From Mobula hypostoma (Eukaryota): a stretch of DNA of 64,000 nt. The stretch lies in contig NC_086107.1 in the NCBI RefSeq assembly GCF_963921235.1, positions 102,488,001 to 102,552,000 on the forward strand. Direction: 5' to 3'. Every line of letters begins with the position of its first letter. The stretch's first letter is position 1. Shown one piece after another: positions 1-11,602 of the stretch. A program made the position numbers and the translations under genes. Under the pieces are notes generated by a model. That model was given only the letters and a program-made list of their open reading frames with translations, was not told the origin of the DNA and ran no database searches.

Positions 1-1255
1 GGGTGTATAAAGAGTCAAACTGGGCAAAGGGCAATGAATTAAAAGGTGAGGGTGTGGCAGATGTAGCAGTTTAACCATACAATCATTAATTCTTACACCA
101 TGGCAACAATGAGCATAGCAACAAGATACAAGGTGGCCATCCTGCATCAGCAACATCTCTCCCAGCAGAAATTTCACGGCAGACAGGACTGCCAAGATGT
201 GCTATCCAAGCTCTCCTGAAAAAGCACAAAGAAATGGGCAAGGTGGAGGACCAGAAATGCAGTGGTTGGCATGGAAACTGAGTGCAGCAGACGAGAGATC
301 CATCAAACTGACTTCCCTTCTAAATCAGAAGAATCCAGCACTGCTATCAACTCTGAACTCACTGAAACCACTGGAACCCAAGTGCACCCCTCTATAGTTC
401 AGAAAAATCTTGTCAGAAGTGGTCTTCGTGGAAGAGTTGCTGCCAAAAAACGTTCCTCTGAAGTGGAAACAAAGCCAAGAGACTCAACTGTATACAAAAG
501 CACAAGGACTGGGGTGCTGAACAATGGCAACAAGAGCTATGTCTGATTAGTCAAAATTTGAAATTTTTGGCTCAAACAGGAGGCAAGTTTCCATAGAAGA
601 GCTGGAGAGTGCTATATGGACGAATGTCTTCAGCCAACAATGAAGCATGGTGGAGGTTCCCTGCAGGTTTTGGGCTTCATTTCTGCAAATGAAGTTGGTG
701 ATCTGCTCAGAATTAATGCAATCCTCAAAGCTGAGAAGTACAAGCAGATTCTCATACATCATGCAATACCATCAGGGAGGCGTCTGATTGAATCCAACTT
801 CATTCTGTAGCAGGACAATGACCCCAAACACATGGCTAAAGTCACAAAGAACTATCCTCAGCAAAAAGAAGAACCAGGAGTTCTGCAACGGATGGTATGG
901 CCTATACAGAGCCCTAATCTCAATGTCATTGAGGCTGTCTGGGATTACTTGGAGAGACAGAAGCAAGTGAGACAGCTGTCTACAGAAGAACTTGGCAAGT
1001 TCTCCAAGATACTGTACTTGGAATAACCTACCAGCTGATTTTCTTATAAAACTACAAAACAGTGCACCTACGAGAATTGATGCAGTTTTAAAGGCAAGGA
1101 TTGGTCACACCAAATATTGATTTGATTTAGTTTTTTTACTGTTTACTGTTCTTTATAGTAAAATTTTGATATTTAGAAACATTTCATTATTTTTGAAAGC
1201 ACCTTCGCTTTACAGAATTTTTTTTACATGTACCTAAGACTTTTGCACACTACTG
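1..1255 (+). mobile_element. Degenerate Tc1/mariner transposon (left end outside window)
   Basis: Frameshifted transposase fragments: KHGGGSLQVLGFIS (616-810), QDNDPKH, WPIQSPNLNVIEAVWDYL (832-1026). Right TIR TGTACCTAAGACTTTTGCACACTACTG ends at 1255, followed by TA. Confidence 0.9.
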
Positions 1256-1400
1256 TATGATGTAACAAAAATGGATCAAATAGAAATAGATACTGTATGC
1301 TTCTGAGTGAGTCTGACAAGATAGAACAGTGGAGATGTCATTGAACAGAGATGGATTCAAAGGGCCGATTGTCTACTAATAATTCCAACATTACCCAATA

Positions 1401-1500
1401 TAAACCCCGACCTAACCTAACATAATCCTACCCTACCATAACCCAACCCTACCCAAACCCCAACATGGCCTAACCCCAACCTAATACCCCTAACCATAAC
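1401..1500 (+). repeat. Degenerate (CCCTAA)-like tract
   Basis: Repeated cctaac/ccctac/cccaac units; similar patches at 1800-1833 and 2073-2137. Confidence 0.55.
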
Positions 1501-1840
1501 TGACTTGGTTTTCATTGTCTTAGTCCTCAAATACCTATAGAAAAGCCAAGATACCTGAGAGGCAAGAAGGAACCATAAAGTTAAACACAAGCTAGGACCA
1601 TGGAAAACAACAGCCACCAGAAAATAAGATAGATGATTATTAAACATGGATTCCAAGAAAGGCAAGTGTTGTTGGACCAGGTTAATGAAGGCGTGGACCA
1701 GATCTAAGTGGCAGGGTCCACTAACACTGAATCTCCAGTAACTAATGAGATCAATAAACTCAAGAGGGATTATTTTCCCACTGCCTGTACACGAACATCC
1801 AACCTAGCCTAACTCCAACCCTAACCCAACCCCTTAGTTC

Positions 1841-2066
1841 CATTGTTCCCTCTAAGGTGGTTAAATGCGCAGCGGCTCAGTAACTGAGATGCACCCCCCG
1901 CATTTAGCCTTTGTTGCTGCACAGCTATTCAATGTAATTATTCATAGTATGCATATTACAATAAAAAACATTTTAAGTGCTGCACAGTTTTCAGGCAGTG
2001 TAAAAATTTCCTGCTCAGAGCAATGGTTGATCTGTGCAACTGTAAAAAAAATTAGAGGGAACGCTG
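1841..2066. mobile_element. hAT-type MITE
   Basis: TIRs CATTGTTCCCTCTAA / TTAGAGGGAACGCTG; 8-bp flanks CTTAGTTC / CCCAGCTC differ only by C/T changes. Confidence 0.65.
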
Positions 2067-2137
2067 CCCAGCTCTAACCCTCCTCTATTTCTACCTGTAC
2101 CCTAACCCACCCCTGCACTAAGGGTTAGGATTAGGAT

Positions 2138-2505
2138 TGTCCTGGAAAGGAAAGCCTCATCCTGGGAACAAATGTGATGGAGACGAAGGAACTGAGAAAA
2201 AGGAATAGCATTTTTACAGGAGACAGAGTGGGAAGAGGTATAATCAAGACAGCCTTGGGAATCGGTAGATTTACAATACAAAAGATGTTGGTAGATAGTT
2301 TGTCTCCAGAGATGGTGACAGATATTGAAAAAGGGGAGAGGGGTGTCAGAAATCAACCTAGTGAATTGAAGGGCAGGGTGGAAGTTGGAGGGAAAATTGA
2401 TGAAATTGATAAGCTCAACATGGATGCATGAAGCAGCACCAATGCAGTGGTCAATGTCGTGAAGGAAGAATTGGGGAGCATTACTAAGGAAGGCTTGAAC
2501 CATGG
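2138..2505 (-). mobile_element. Penelope-like element RT fragment
   Basis: ORF 2102-2503: DHCIGAASC..ELINFINFPSNFHPALQFT..LDYTSSH..CKNAIPFSQFLRLHHICS, typical of the PLE RT thumb region. Confidence 0.8.
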
Positions 2506-3609
2506 ACTTAGAACATGCTGCAGAATTATCCGATTCTAATCTTTAGAGCTGACTCCCCAATCTTGAGCACACAAGCCAGCAGAAATAATTTACCATCAGT
2601 GCATGATACCATGGAGTCGCAGACTCCCAGGACAATGACAATGGTTCCTGAACTGCAAACTCATCAGTTCAGTTGGGCCACAGGGCATTGCAGTGGGCAG
2701 AGGTCAAACAGCAAAGGTCAATGAGCAGAGGCCAAGTACAAGTGTGAGCATTGAGAAGTTTAACATTCATGGACACTGATCATTTCATTGAAACCTTCAG
2801 ACTGGCTCTCACCACCCACATGAATGCAGAAGCAATGAGGAGTACTGTAGAAAAATAAAAATTGTTTTGTATAAACAACCAATAAAGTGCTCTGAATTAT
2901 AGTGAGCCTACAGCGAGATCCTGAACATTTTATCTTGAAGTGCATAAACTAAATACTGTAGTGTTTGATAACACAAATAATCAGGATGTGTTAATAATAT
3001 GTTTGCTGAAGATATTTCCATTCTGAAATGTGATTTCAGTTTCCTTACAAACCAAAGAAATCATCGTCAATATTCCAGACGACAATTCCAGAAAACCAAG
3101 GCACTGTGTATGGGATCCAGTGATGGGACATTTCGTGTACAGAGATTTTACTTGCAGTGTGACTGCCACTTTAAAAGAACGAGTCATCTCCAAACCTGAA
3201 GGAAGCTTAGCCTGGAAATCAACATCATCACTATTATTAATTCTTCATTGCAGACAATGTCATGTCTCCTTAATACAGATGCCACTGGATCGTGGGGGCT
3301 TCTTCCTACAGATCCACTCATTGCTTCTAACACAATCGCTCTACATCTTAAAATCTAAATTACACTTTATTCTGCATCGTTTTACCTTGTTCTTCCTCGA
3401 TGCACCGTGCAATGAATGGATCTGTGTGAACAGTATGCAAGAAAAGCTTTTCACCGTAAACCAATTCCAAACCCAACTGCAGCCCTTCTAAAACAGCAGA
3501 TATACAGACTAAGCACAAGGGTCAGGGGATAAACACAAACCATTTAAGTACGCCAGCTCCACCTCACTCTCTGCCACGCCACTCTCTGTTCACGCAGTCT
3601 ACCACTGGT

Positions 3610-3850
3610 CTATTGTGCCCTGGACTTTCTGCTTTTCTTCACTGCCTTGTCTGTTTGCTTTGATTTCTTCCTGTTGATGGTTTTGCGCGTGTCTCCCATT
3701 CCACTTGCTTTACTCTTCTTTGAGGAGTTTTTCTTCTCAGGTAGGTCACCTTTGCAGTTCTTAAAGGGAGCGTTTTTCACACTCACGCCTGTCATGTTTT
3801 GTGGGAGGTTACACACAGCACGGACCTTCAGATTGGTGTTTTCAAGCCAC
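3610..3850 (-). CDS. CHADL: CHADL last coding exon (second LRRCT plus basic tail)
   Basis: Acceptor tttatctttaaaag|G at 3851/3850; phase 2 matches the previous exon; reads (R)WLENTNLKVRAVCNLPQNMTGVSVKNAPFKNCKG...SRKSRAQ, TAG at 3612-3610. Confidence 0.88.
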
Positions 3851-4439
3851 CTTTTAAAGATAAATTATAAAGATAAAATCAGTAAGCAAAACAAAACCAT
3901 GGAGAGACACACTAGAATACTGCCAATACAACATAGAAAAAGACCTTTCATCCCATTAAATTTATGCTAGCCCACAAAGCACTCCCATCCCTACTAATTT
4001 TTCACTTGTTCACTTTCTTCAGTGCATTGTTTGACAGTTTTTGCTTTTCACAATAAACCTATCCAACTTTATTGAAAGTGTTGACTCTTGCTGGGGTGCA
4101 TTTCCACTGGTAGCCCAACGTGACACCCAGGGATCTTCTCTTCATCTTCATCAACAAGCTTGTGTCCAAGGGATATCCAGTGAAGGATGGTTGGCAACAT
4201 GCAAATGTTAACACTTCAGCAGGGCTCTGCATTCATGAAAGCAGGAACCAAGACTTTTTTTTTAGCTGGTGGACACTGGACCCAAATATAATTCACACAA
4301 CAGAGATAAAACTAATCCGCAGAAAACTTAATGGAAATCTGAAATACAGTTTCTTATTTGTCTTAGAGTTGAACCAAGCAGTGCAGGATATATATGCATT
4401 TATTCAGAAGGAAAACTTCAAGCTCATTCTTTTAGATTT

Positions 4440-5975
4440 TCTGATAGTTTGTGACAAAGGAGGTAGCTGTAGAGATTGTGGAGGCATTAGTAGTAATTTT
4501 CAAAAATTTTTGGAATGTTTCCAGGGGACTGGAAAATTGCAAATGTCACTCCACTCTTTATGAAGGGAGGGAGGCAGAAGAAAGAAAATTATAGGTCAGT
4601 TTGTCAGACTTTAGTGGTCAGGAAGATGTTGGAGTCCTTTACTAAGGAAGAGGATTCAGGGTACTTGGAGGAACATGATAAAATAGGCCTACGGTCAGCG
4701 TGGTTTCTTTAAGGGAAAATTTTGTATGACATATCTGTTGGAGTTATTTGAGACAGGCAGGAGAGTCAGTGGATATTGTTTACTTAGATTTTCAGAAGGC
4801 CTTTGACAAGGTGCCGCTCATGAGTCTGCTTAGCAAGTTAAGAGCCCATGGTATTACAGGAAAGACACAAGCATGGATAGAAAATTGGCCAGTTGGCAGG
4901 AGGCAGAGAGTAGGAATAAAGGAGGCCTATTCTGTTGACAAGTGGTGTTCCATAGGGGTCAATATTGGGACCGCTTTTTTTCACATTATATGTCAACAAT
5001 TTGGTTACGTGGTTATGTGGACAAGTCTGCAGATGATATAAAGATGGGTGGAAGGGCGGGTAGTGTTAAGGATGCAGGGAATCTGCAGAAGGACTTGGAT
5101 AGATTGGAAGAATGAGAAAAGTAGTGGCAGTTGTAATATAGTGTAGGGAAGTGTATGGTCATGCACTTTGATAGAAGGAATAAATGTGCAGGCTATTTCC
5201 TAAATGATGTGAAAAATTCAAAAATCAGAGGTGCAAAGGGACTTTAGGAGTCCTCGTACAGGACTCCCGAAAGATTAACTTGTAGGTTGAGCCAGTGGTA
5301 AGGAAGGCAAATGCAATGTTAGTATTCATTTCAAGAGGACTAGAATAAAGAGCAAGGATGTACTACTGAGGCTTTATAAGATATTGCAGTCAGACGACTG
5401 CACTTGGGAGTATTGTGAGCAGTTTTGGGCCCCTTATCTAAAAAGCAATGTGTTGGTATTGGAGAGGCTCCAGAAGAGGTTCACGAGGATGAAAGAGTCA
5501 ATGTATGAGATGCATTTGATAGCTCTGGGCCTGTACTCACTGGGGTTTAAAAGAAAGAGGGGGGGTCTCATTGAAACCTATCGAATATTGAAAGCCCTAA
5601 ACAGAGTGGATATAGAGAGGATGTTTCCTATAATGGGTGAGTCTAGGACCAGGGGAGACAGCTTCAGAATAGAGGGATATCCATTAAGAACAGAGATAAG
5701 AAGGAATTTCTTTAGCTAAACGGTGGTGAATCTGTGGAATTCATCGCTCCAGAAATGGAGACAGAATTTGTTGCCACAGACGGCTGTGGAGACCAAGTTA
5801 TCGGGTATATTTAAAGCAGAGGTTGATAGGTTTTTGGTTGGTCAGGGCGTCAAAGATTACAGGGAATAGACAGGAGAATGGGGTTAAGAGGGATAATAAA
5901 TTAGCCATGATGGAATGGTAGAGCAGATGATAGGCCAAGTGGTCTAATTCTGCTCCTATGTCTGGTGGTCTAATA
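4440..5975 (+). mobile_element. CR1-clade (HER1-like) LINE, degenerate ORF2 and 3' tail
   Basis: DWKIANVTPLFMKG, VDIVYLDFQKAFDKVP, EYCEQFWAPYL, TRGDSFRIEG; CR1-type 3' tail. Confidence 0.9.
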
Positions 5976-6559
5976 TTAATGAACAAATAATTCTAAATGC
6001 CCCTGTATAAAGATCAGTGATAACAATCACAGCCAACAGGGACAGAGGAAATAATTCCCCTGTCACTGTGAGGCTCTCTTTCCTTGCACTCATTATAGTT
6101 ATTGCAGCTTCTCTGAGTGAGGCTGCTCATTAGATTCCAGTTAGTCCAAATTACAGGCCTTTTATGACTGGTGATTCCATCCAGCGGCGGTCCAGAGATG
6201 TGCTGGGGGGGTTAACTGGCTCCTTGTGGTGAGAAGGAAACAGTCACCAAGGAGCTGATGGAGATGTGAGCAGGAATGAACTGACGGCTACAGGGAAATG
6301 AGGGGTCGGGGGGAGGCAGTAATAGGACTCAAGGGCTTGCACTGCTGGGAGAAAGCATTGACCTGATAGGCCAAATGGCCTCCTCAACTAAATAAACTGT
6401 GTTGATAAGGTCCAAACCAATTTTATCTATCTGCTTGTTTATTTATTTATCTATCAATCAATCTATTTATCTATTTCTTTATTTATTTATCGAGATACAA
6501 TGCGGTATTGGCCCTTCTGGCACTTCGAGCCGCCCAGCAATCTCCCGATTTAATCCTAT

Positions 6560-6740
6560 CTTAATCATGGGACAATTTACAGTACATCTTTGGACTATGG
6601 GAGGAACCCGGAGCATGTGGAGGAAACCAACATGGTCTTGGGGAAAACGTACAAACTCCTAACAGGCAGTAGCGGGAATTGAACCCGGGTCGCTGGCACT
6701 GCAAAGCGTTGTGCTAACCACTACACTACCGTGCTACCCA
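6560..6740 (-). mobile_element. HE1-like tRNA-derived (V-)SINE; related copies near 7740-7900, 9790-9949, 18265-18420, 21500-21640, 35513-35682, 40320-40520, 48770-48880, 50347-50600, 59080-59200
   Basis: Minus strand has A box GTAGTGTAGTGG and B box GGTTCAATTCCC, then the conserved GGAGTTTGTACGT..GGTTTCCTCC..TCCTCCCAT/CA..CCAAAGA core. Confidence 0.8.
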
Positions 6741-7137
6741 TTCCCTTATACCGTGTCATCAGTTTGGTTTGGATATAAACCTGGTTCACAGGAATAGACA
6801 CAAGAACCAGCTGTGGTATTAAGGAGTCCCCTTTCTATCCTGACTCTTCTTCCTGCAACTTCCTCAATGAGCACAAACCCCTTTATGGTATAATGGGGTT
6901 TTGGAGGGGCTTTTGGCTCCTCACTGCTCTCTAACATAGAAACTAATGTAGAAACAGAAGGCAGCCATCTTGCCCTAAGCCTTTTCTGACTTTCATTGAG
7001 ATCAAAGTTGAGTCAGTGAGGCTATATCTTCAGCCCATTAAGTCTGTGCCAACCATCAACAACCTAATCCTATGTTAATGCCTTTTTATTCCCCACATTC
7101 TCATCATCTATCTCCACTCACCCACACACACTATAGG

Positions 7138-7700
7138 AGGGGTGGTGAACCAATGGCACATGTGCCCAGGATGGCATATGCAAACATTTTGTTGACATGC
7201 GGCATGCAGTGCCACCCATCAATTCTTTAAACCCCACCCATAATAAAAAGATACATAGTGATTATCTCTACTGCCAAATAAAGCAGCAATTATTTTTACA
7301 ACTGGAGAGCAATGAGATGTTTTCACAGGAAATGTCGGCTTGGCGCTAGCTAGACACTTGCGAGAACATTGACATGTAGGCCTAGTATTTGTGTAGCATT
7401 TGGATAATAAGTGGCTACAAATAGCAATTCTATTTAGAAATAATGTTATTTTCAATTGTTTTTTAAAAGATTAATATTAATTTTTGAACAGATTTTCTAA
7501 AATGCTTCTTTCATTTCAATCTGCCTTTGTAACACATTTATGAATAATTAAATAAGGAGTACATGTATGTAAGCAATAGGATGTATCCTTTTTCCTAAAA
7601 GAAATCTTTAATTGTTGTTACTAATTCATTAATCAACGATAATCGCTGCTCAAAATTACCATGCCATGCAGAGAATTTTAAGGTTATCGCCAATTCACCT
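7138..7700. mobile_element. Non-autonomous hAT-like DNA element
   Basis: Left end GAGGGGTGGTGAACCAATGGCACATGTGCC and a degenerate inverted right end GGTTATCGCC..CCTTG; AT-rich interior. Confidence 0.5.
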
Positions 7701-7999
7701 TGCTGGAGCTAGCAGCAGGTTAGAATGGCCAACTAACAACCTACACATCTTTGGGACGTAGGAGGAAACCAAAGCACACAGGAAAACCCATATAGTCCCG
7801 GGGAGAACTCCACATAGACAGCGCCCGAGGAGAGGATTGTATTCCTCCCCATCTCCGCGTCAAGAGGCAGTGGCCCTTCTTGCTGTGCCATTTTGCCGCC
7901 CTAGATCTGAAACCTAACTCCAAATCCCTCAGATCCTTGAATACCCTTTGCTTTCAAAGTCCAAACAACTTCCAATCTAAAATCAACTATATCAATTAT

Positions 8000-8580
8000 C
8001 ACAAACACAAGGAAATCTGCAGATGCTGGAATTTCAATCAACACACGTAAAAGTTGCTGGTGAATGCAGCAGGCCAGGCAGCATCTCTAGGAAGGGGTAC
8101 AGTCGACGTTTCGGGCCGAGACCCTTCGTCAGAACTAACTGAAAGAAGAGCTAGTAAGAGATTTGAGAGTGGGAGGGGGAGGGGGGAGATCCGAAATGAT
8201 AGGAGAAGACAGGAGGGGGAGGGATGGAGCCAAGAGCTAGACAGGTGATTGGCAAAAGGGATATGAGAGCATCATGGGATGGGAGGCCCAGGGAGAAAGA
8301 AAGGGAGGGGGAGGAAGCCCAGAGGTTGGGCAAGGAGTATAGTGAGAGGGACAGAGGGAGAAAAAGGAGAGAGAAAGAATAAATAAATAACAAACAAACA
8401 AACAAATAAATAAATAAATAAATAGATAACAGATGGGGTACGAGGGGGAGGTGGGGCATTAACGGAAGTTAGAGAAGTCAATGTTCATGCCATCAGGTTG
8501 GAGGCTACCCAGACGGAATATAAGGTGTCGTTCCTCCAACCTGAGTGTGGCTTCATCTTGACAGTAGAGGAGGCCGTGGA
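8000..8580 (-). mobile_element. Penelope-like element 3' end (GIY-YIG remnant plus terminal region with hammerhead motif)
   Basis: Minus strand reads ..DEATLRLEERHLIFRLGSLQPDGMNIDFS..; followed by a hammerhead core at 8100-8137. Related fragments at 32670-33190, 33380-33590 and 53500-54030. Confidence 0.8.
8100..8137 (-). ncRNA. Minimal type I hammerhead ribozyme motif (PLE-associated)
   Basis: UAGUU-CUGACGA-A-GGG-UCUCGG-CCC-GAAA-CGUC-GACUG: intact core, stem I and stem II. Confidence 0.7.
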
Positions 8581-9136
8581 TAAAATATCAATTATCATTT
8601 GAAGAAAAGGTTTTCAAAGTTCCTCCAGCCTTTGCACATGGAAGTGTTTCCCAATTCACAACACACCATATTGTGTGCCATCCGCAAAATTCTCTGCAGC
8701 CAGTCACTTAACAAACAGGTCCTCTCAAACCACCAGGGAGGGCAAGGACAGCAGGTATGAGAGCCCCTCTATATATAGTGATAGCTTAACCCCAATTACT
8801 CACATTGATTTCAAAATCGTAATATCTTTACCTAATAAAAAGTCATTAGATCCATTTATAAAAGATTCACTTGATTATCAACATCACTAGTTTCATGACA
8901 AGAGGGATTCCAGACCACTGTTACCCTTGTATGATTTTTATTGTAAGATTATTCCCCATCTCATCACTTACAAGCTCCTTAAACTCCCATCTTTGCTCTG
9001 ACCTCTCAAAAGAATCCTTCAAAATTAGAGCAGTGGAAAATGTGAAAACTGAAGTTGTTGAATTTTTAGTGGATCAGGTTGCTTGGCAGCATTCCAAGGA
9101 CCAAAATATGACTAGTGGAAGTCACAGACAGGTTAC

Positions 9137-9303
9137 CTGTGGAGGTGGAGGAGCGGGCAGTCACAGTGCCAAGGATTGTTGGACAGGTCGATGGTGTGCA
9201 GGCTTCTGAAATTTTCCAAGCTGGGGATGTAGCTCAGCTTGTTGTTCCCCAGGTAGAGGCTCTGCAGCCCTGTGCTCACTCCATCAAAGGCCCCATCAGA
9301 AAT
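9137..9303 (-). CDS. CHADL: CHADL coding exon 3
   Basis: ttcccatttcag|ATT...CACAG|gtaac; 167 nt, ISDGAFDGVSTGLQSLYLGNNKLSYIPSLENFRSLHTIDLSNNPWHCDCPLLHLH(R); two LRRs and the start of LRRCT; phases 0/2 fit the neighbouring exons. Confidence 0.92.
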
Positions 9304-9949
9304 CTGAAATGGGAAATCAAAAGCCCAGCATTACAGGAAAGGGCACGCCACCTCTGAGTCCATCTTGGCAAGTGGACACTGTTAGCATTTAAATAATATC
9401 ACCGGCATATGTCGTGAAATTTGTTAACTTTTACTCAGCAGTATAATGAAATACATGAAAAATATAGAGGAAAATATGGACTTACATAAAGTATATATAT
9501 ATGTCTATTAAATAGTTAAGTTATAATAAGTAGTGCAAAAAAAAAGTAGTGACAGAGTGATCTTGTGTTCAATGTTCATTTGGAAATCTGATGGCAGAGG
9601 GGAGGAAGCTGTTCTTGAATCGCTGAGTTTGTGCCTTCAGATTGCTATCTCTCCTTTCCGACAGTAACAGTGTGAAGAGGGCAAGTCCTGGGTGGTGGGG
9701 ATCCTTAATGATGGACGCCACCTTCCTAAGGCACCACTCCTTGAAGATGTCTTGTAATTAGCCACCCTGAGGTGCTCTTGTTCAGTTAGTGCGGTTGTCC
9801 TAGGGACCCAAGTTCGATCTTGACCTCTGGGTTTGTCCCTGTGGAGTTTTCATGTGCTCGCTGCGTCTGTGCAGGTTTCTGAGTGCTCTGATTTCCTCCC
9901 ACGTCCCAAAGAAATGTTGGTAGCTTAACTGGCCATTGTAAATTACCCC

Positions 9950-10850
9950 TGTTACATACCCCGTAACTGGGTTGCCAAACCAGCAGAAATGGATCACTCA
10001 GTTGGAGTCTGGATTACTAGAACTAAGAAAGTTTTATTAAAGAAACAAGCAACACAGTACTCTAATCAAAAGGATAATAAATGCAACAGTTCAGCAATGA
10101 TAAACACGCATGTACACAGAATTAAGATAACAGGATCAATCAAGCTCTATCGTTGTCTAGGAGTAAATGACCAGTTTCAAAGTGACGCAAAATTCAGTTC
10201 AATTTAGTTCAGTTCAGTTTGCGGTAATCGCTGCCGTGGGAGATGGACAGTGGGGGGAAGGAGAGAGAGAGCAAAATGAATGAATATTCAAACGGCTTCC
10301 ACACAGACCTTCGACATTCTTCTCAGTCAGCTTTCGTGCGAGCCTTTTGTGATGTCCTCTGAGGTCATCGACCGTGACCCCTCCGTTTCCAGATACGATC
10401 GTTTCTCTGCGGTGAACCTGGCACCCAGGCAAGGGTGGACACACACCAGGTTCCCGCCGATCGTACCTTTCCACCCTGTGCATCTATGGCTTGGTCCCGC
10501 GATCAGCCGTCCAAAACTTCCCACCGACTTGTGGGCGACGCACCGCTTCCAGGGTCTCGTTACCTCGGGGTGTCGTGTGTGTCTTGCCTTAGTGAACCTG
10601 TCCCTTTTTATCCCCCTGCTGGGGTATCGCCTGTCCATCACTTCAAACAGTTCAGGGTTCAAAGGGGGAGCCGATCTTGACAGCTCTCCTTCTGTTACTC
10701 TCTCCCGTCCCTTCATTAACATCTCCAAATGCTGCTCCATTGTTTTCCTTATCTCTTTTTCTCCTGAAGACAGGTGGCAGACCAACTGCTGATCCCACTG
10801 GTGCCAGCCCAGGCCAGCTAACATCTTAATCTATGTGTATTCTCGTCACA
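9950..10850 (-). mobile_element. Solo LTR (901 bp) inserted in a SINE
   Basis: TGTTAC...GTCACA termini, 4-bp TSD CCCC (9946-9949 / 10851-10854), minus-strand AATAAA near 10035; the host SINE resumes after it. Confidence 0.8.
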
Positions 10851-11024
10851 CCCCTTACTGTAGATAAATGGCAAATGAAATCAAGATGGTGTTGATGTGC
10901 ATATGGGGGTGAATGAGTGTAAGGTGTAGGGAAATAAAGAAATAATTTACCTTCCCCTTTGCCTCCTCATCCTTTGAACTACAGTCTCCACTGGAATTAA
11001 AGGGGTACTGGTTCTTTAAAGTTG

Positions 11025-11602
11025 TTATAACTGGGGGTGGTAATGGGGACAAGCTCCCACTATCTATTAAATGCTCCCAATGGCATGCGTCTCCAATAGC
11101 CTTTGACAACCAAGTCCAGCTCCTGGCCTTCACGTGTGGTTTAGATACTAAACCTGGCAGAACCATTTCTACTGACAGGAGAAGGAGCAAAGGCGGGTTA
11201 CTGGTGCCTTAAAACCAGTTGCTTCATGCGGATGGAGCTCCTCATCCATGGTTAGCCCCTCATCTCAGAGTAGGAAAACTCTGATCTTAAACCTCCGCTG
11301 CCTTCTGGCTATCCCACTCATGGGAAAGGCTTCGGGAGTAAACATCGAGGGCAAAATCCAGAGCTGGAGTCCTTAAGGCAGTCCTACATTGAGTTCAATG
11401 CCGACTGGCAACTCCTGCAACACTGTTGGTGCCAAACTGTATCGGTCTCTGCCGTTCCTTTGGGTTCATCAGATGTGTGGAGGGGGTGAGCCTGCAACAT
11501 GGGCAACAGCTTGGTCTCTGTGTCGTACTGCCCAGGCTTATGTATCTAGACAGCTAGGACGCAATATCCACAGTCGACCCTGACCGATAGAGGCCTCATC
11601 AT
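11025..11602 (+). mobile_element. Non-autonomous RTE-like retroelement
   Basis: RTE-like 5' region and short CATCAT tail; no ORF. Recognised by pattern only. Confidence 0.4.

Noticed and set aside
2850..2890. Two plus-strand AATAAA signals, possible 3' end of a convergent neighbour gene
   Set aside because: No upstream coding exon is visible in the window to support it.
3030..3491. 153-aa plus-strand ORF
   Set aside because: No recognisable domain, runs into a repeat tail, and lies antisense to the probable CHADL 3' UTR.
10280..10824. Overlapping 170-aa and 165-aa ORFs
   Set aside because: Both lie inside a solo LTR and have no recognisable motifs.
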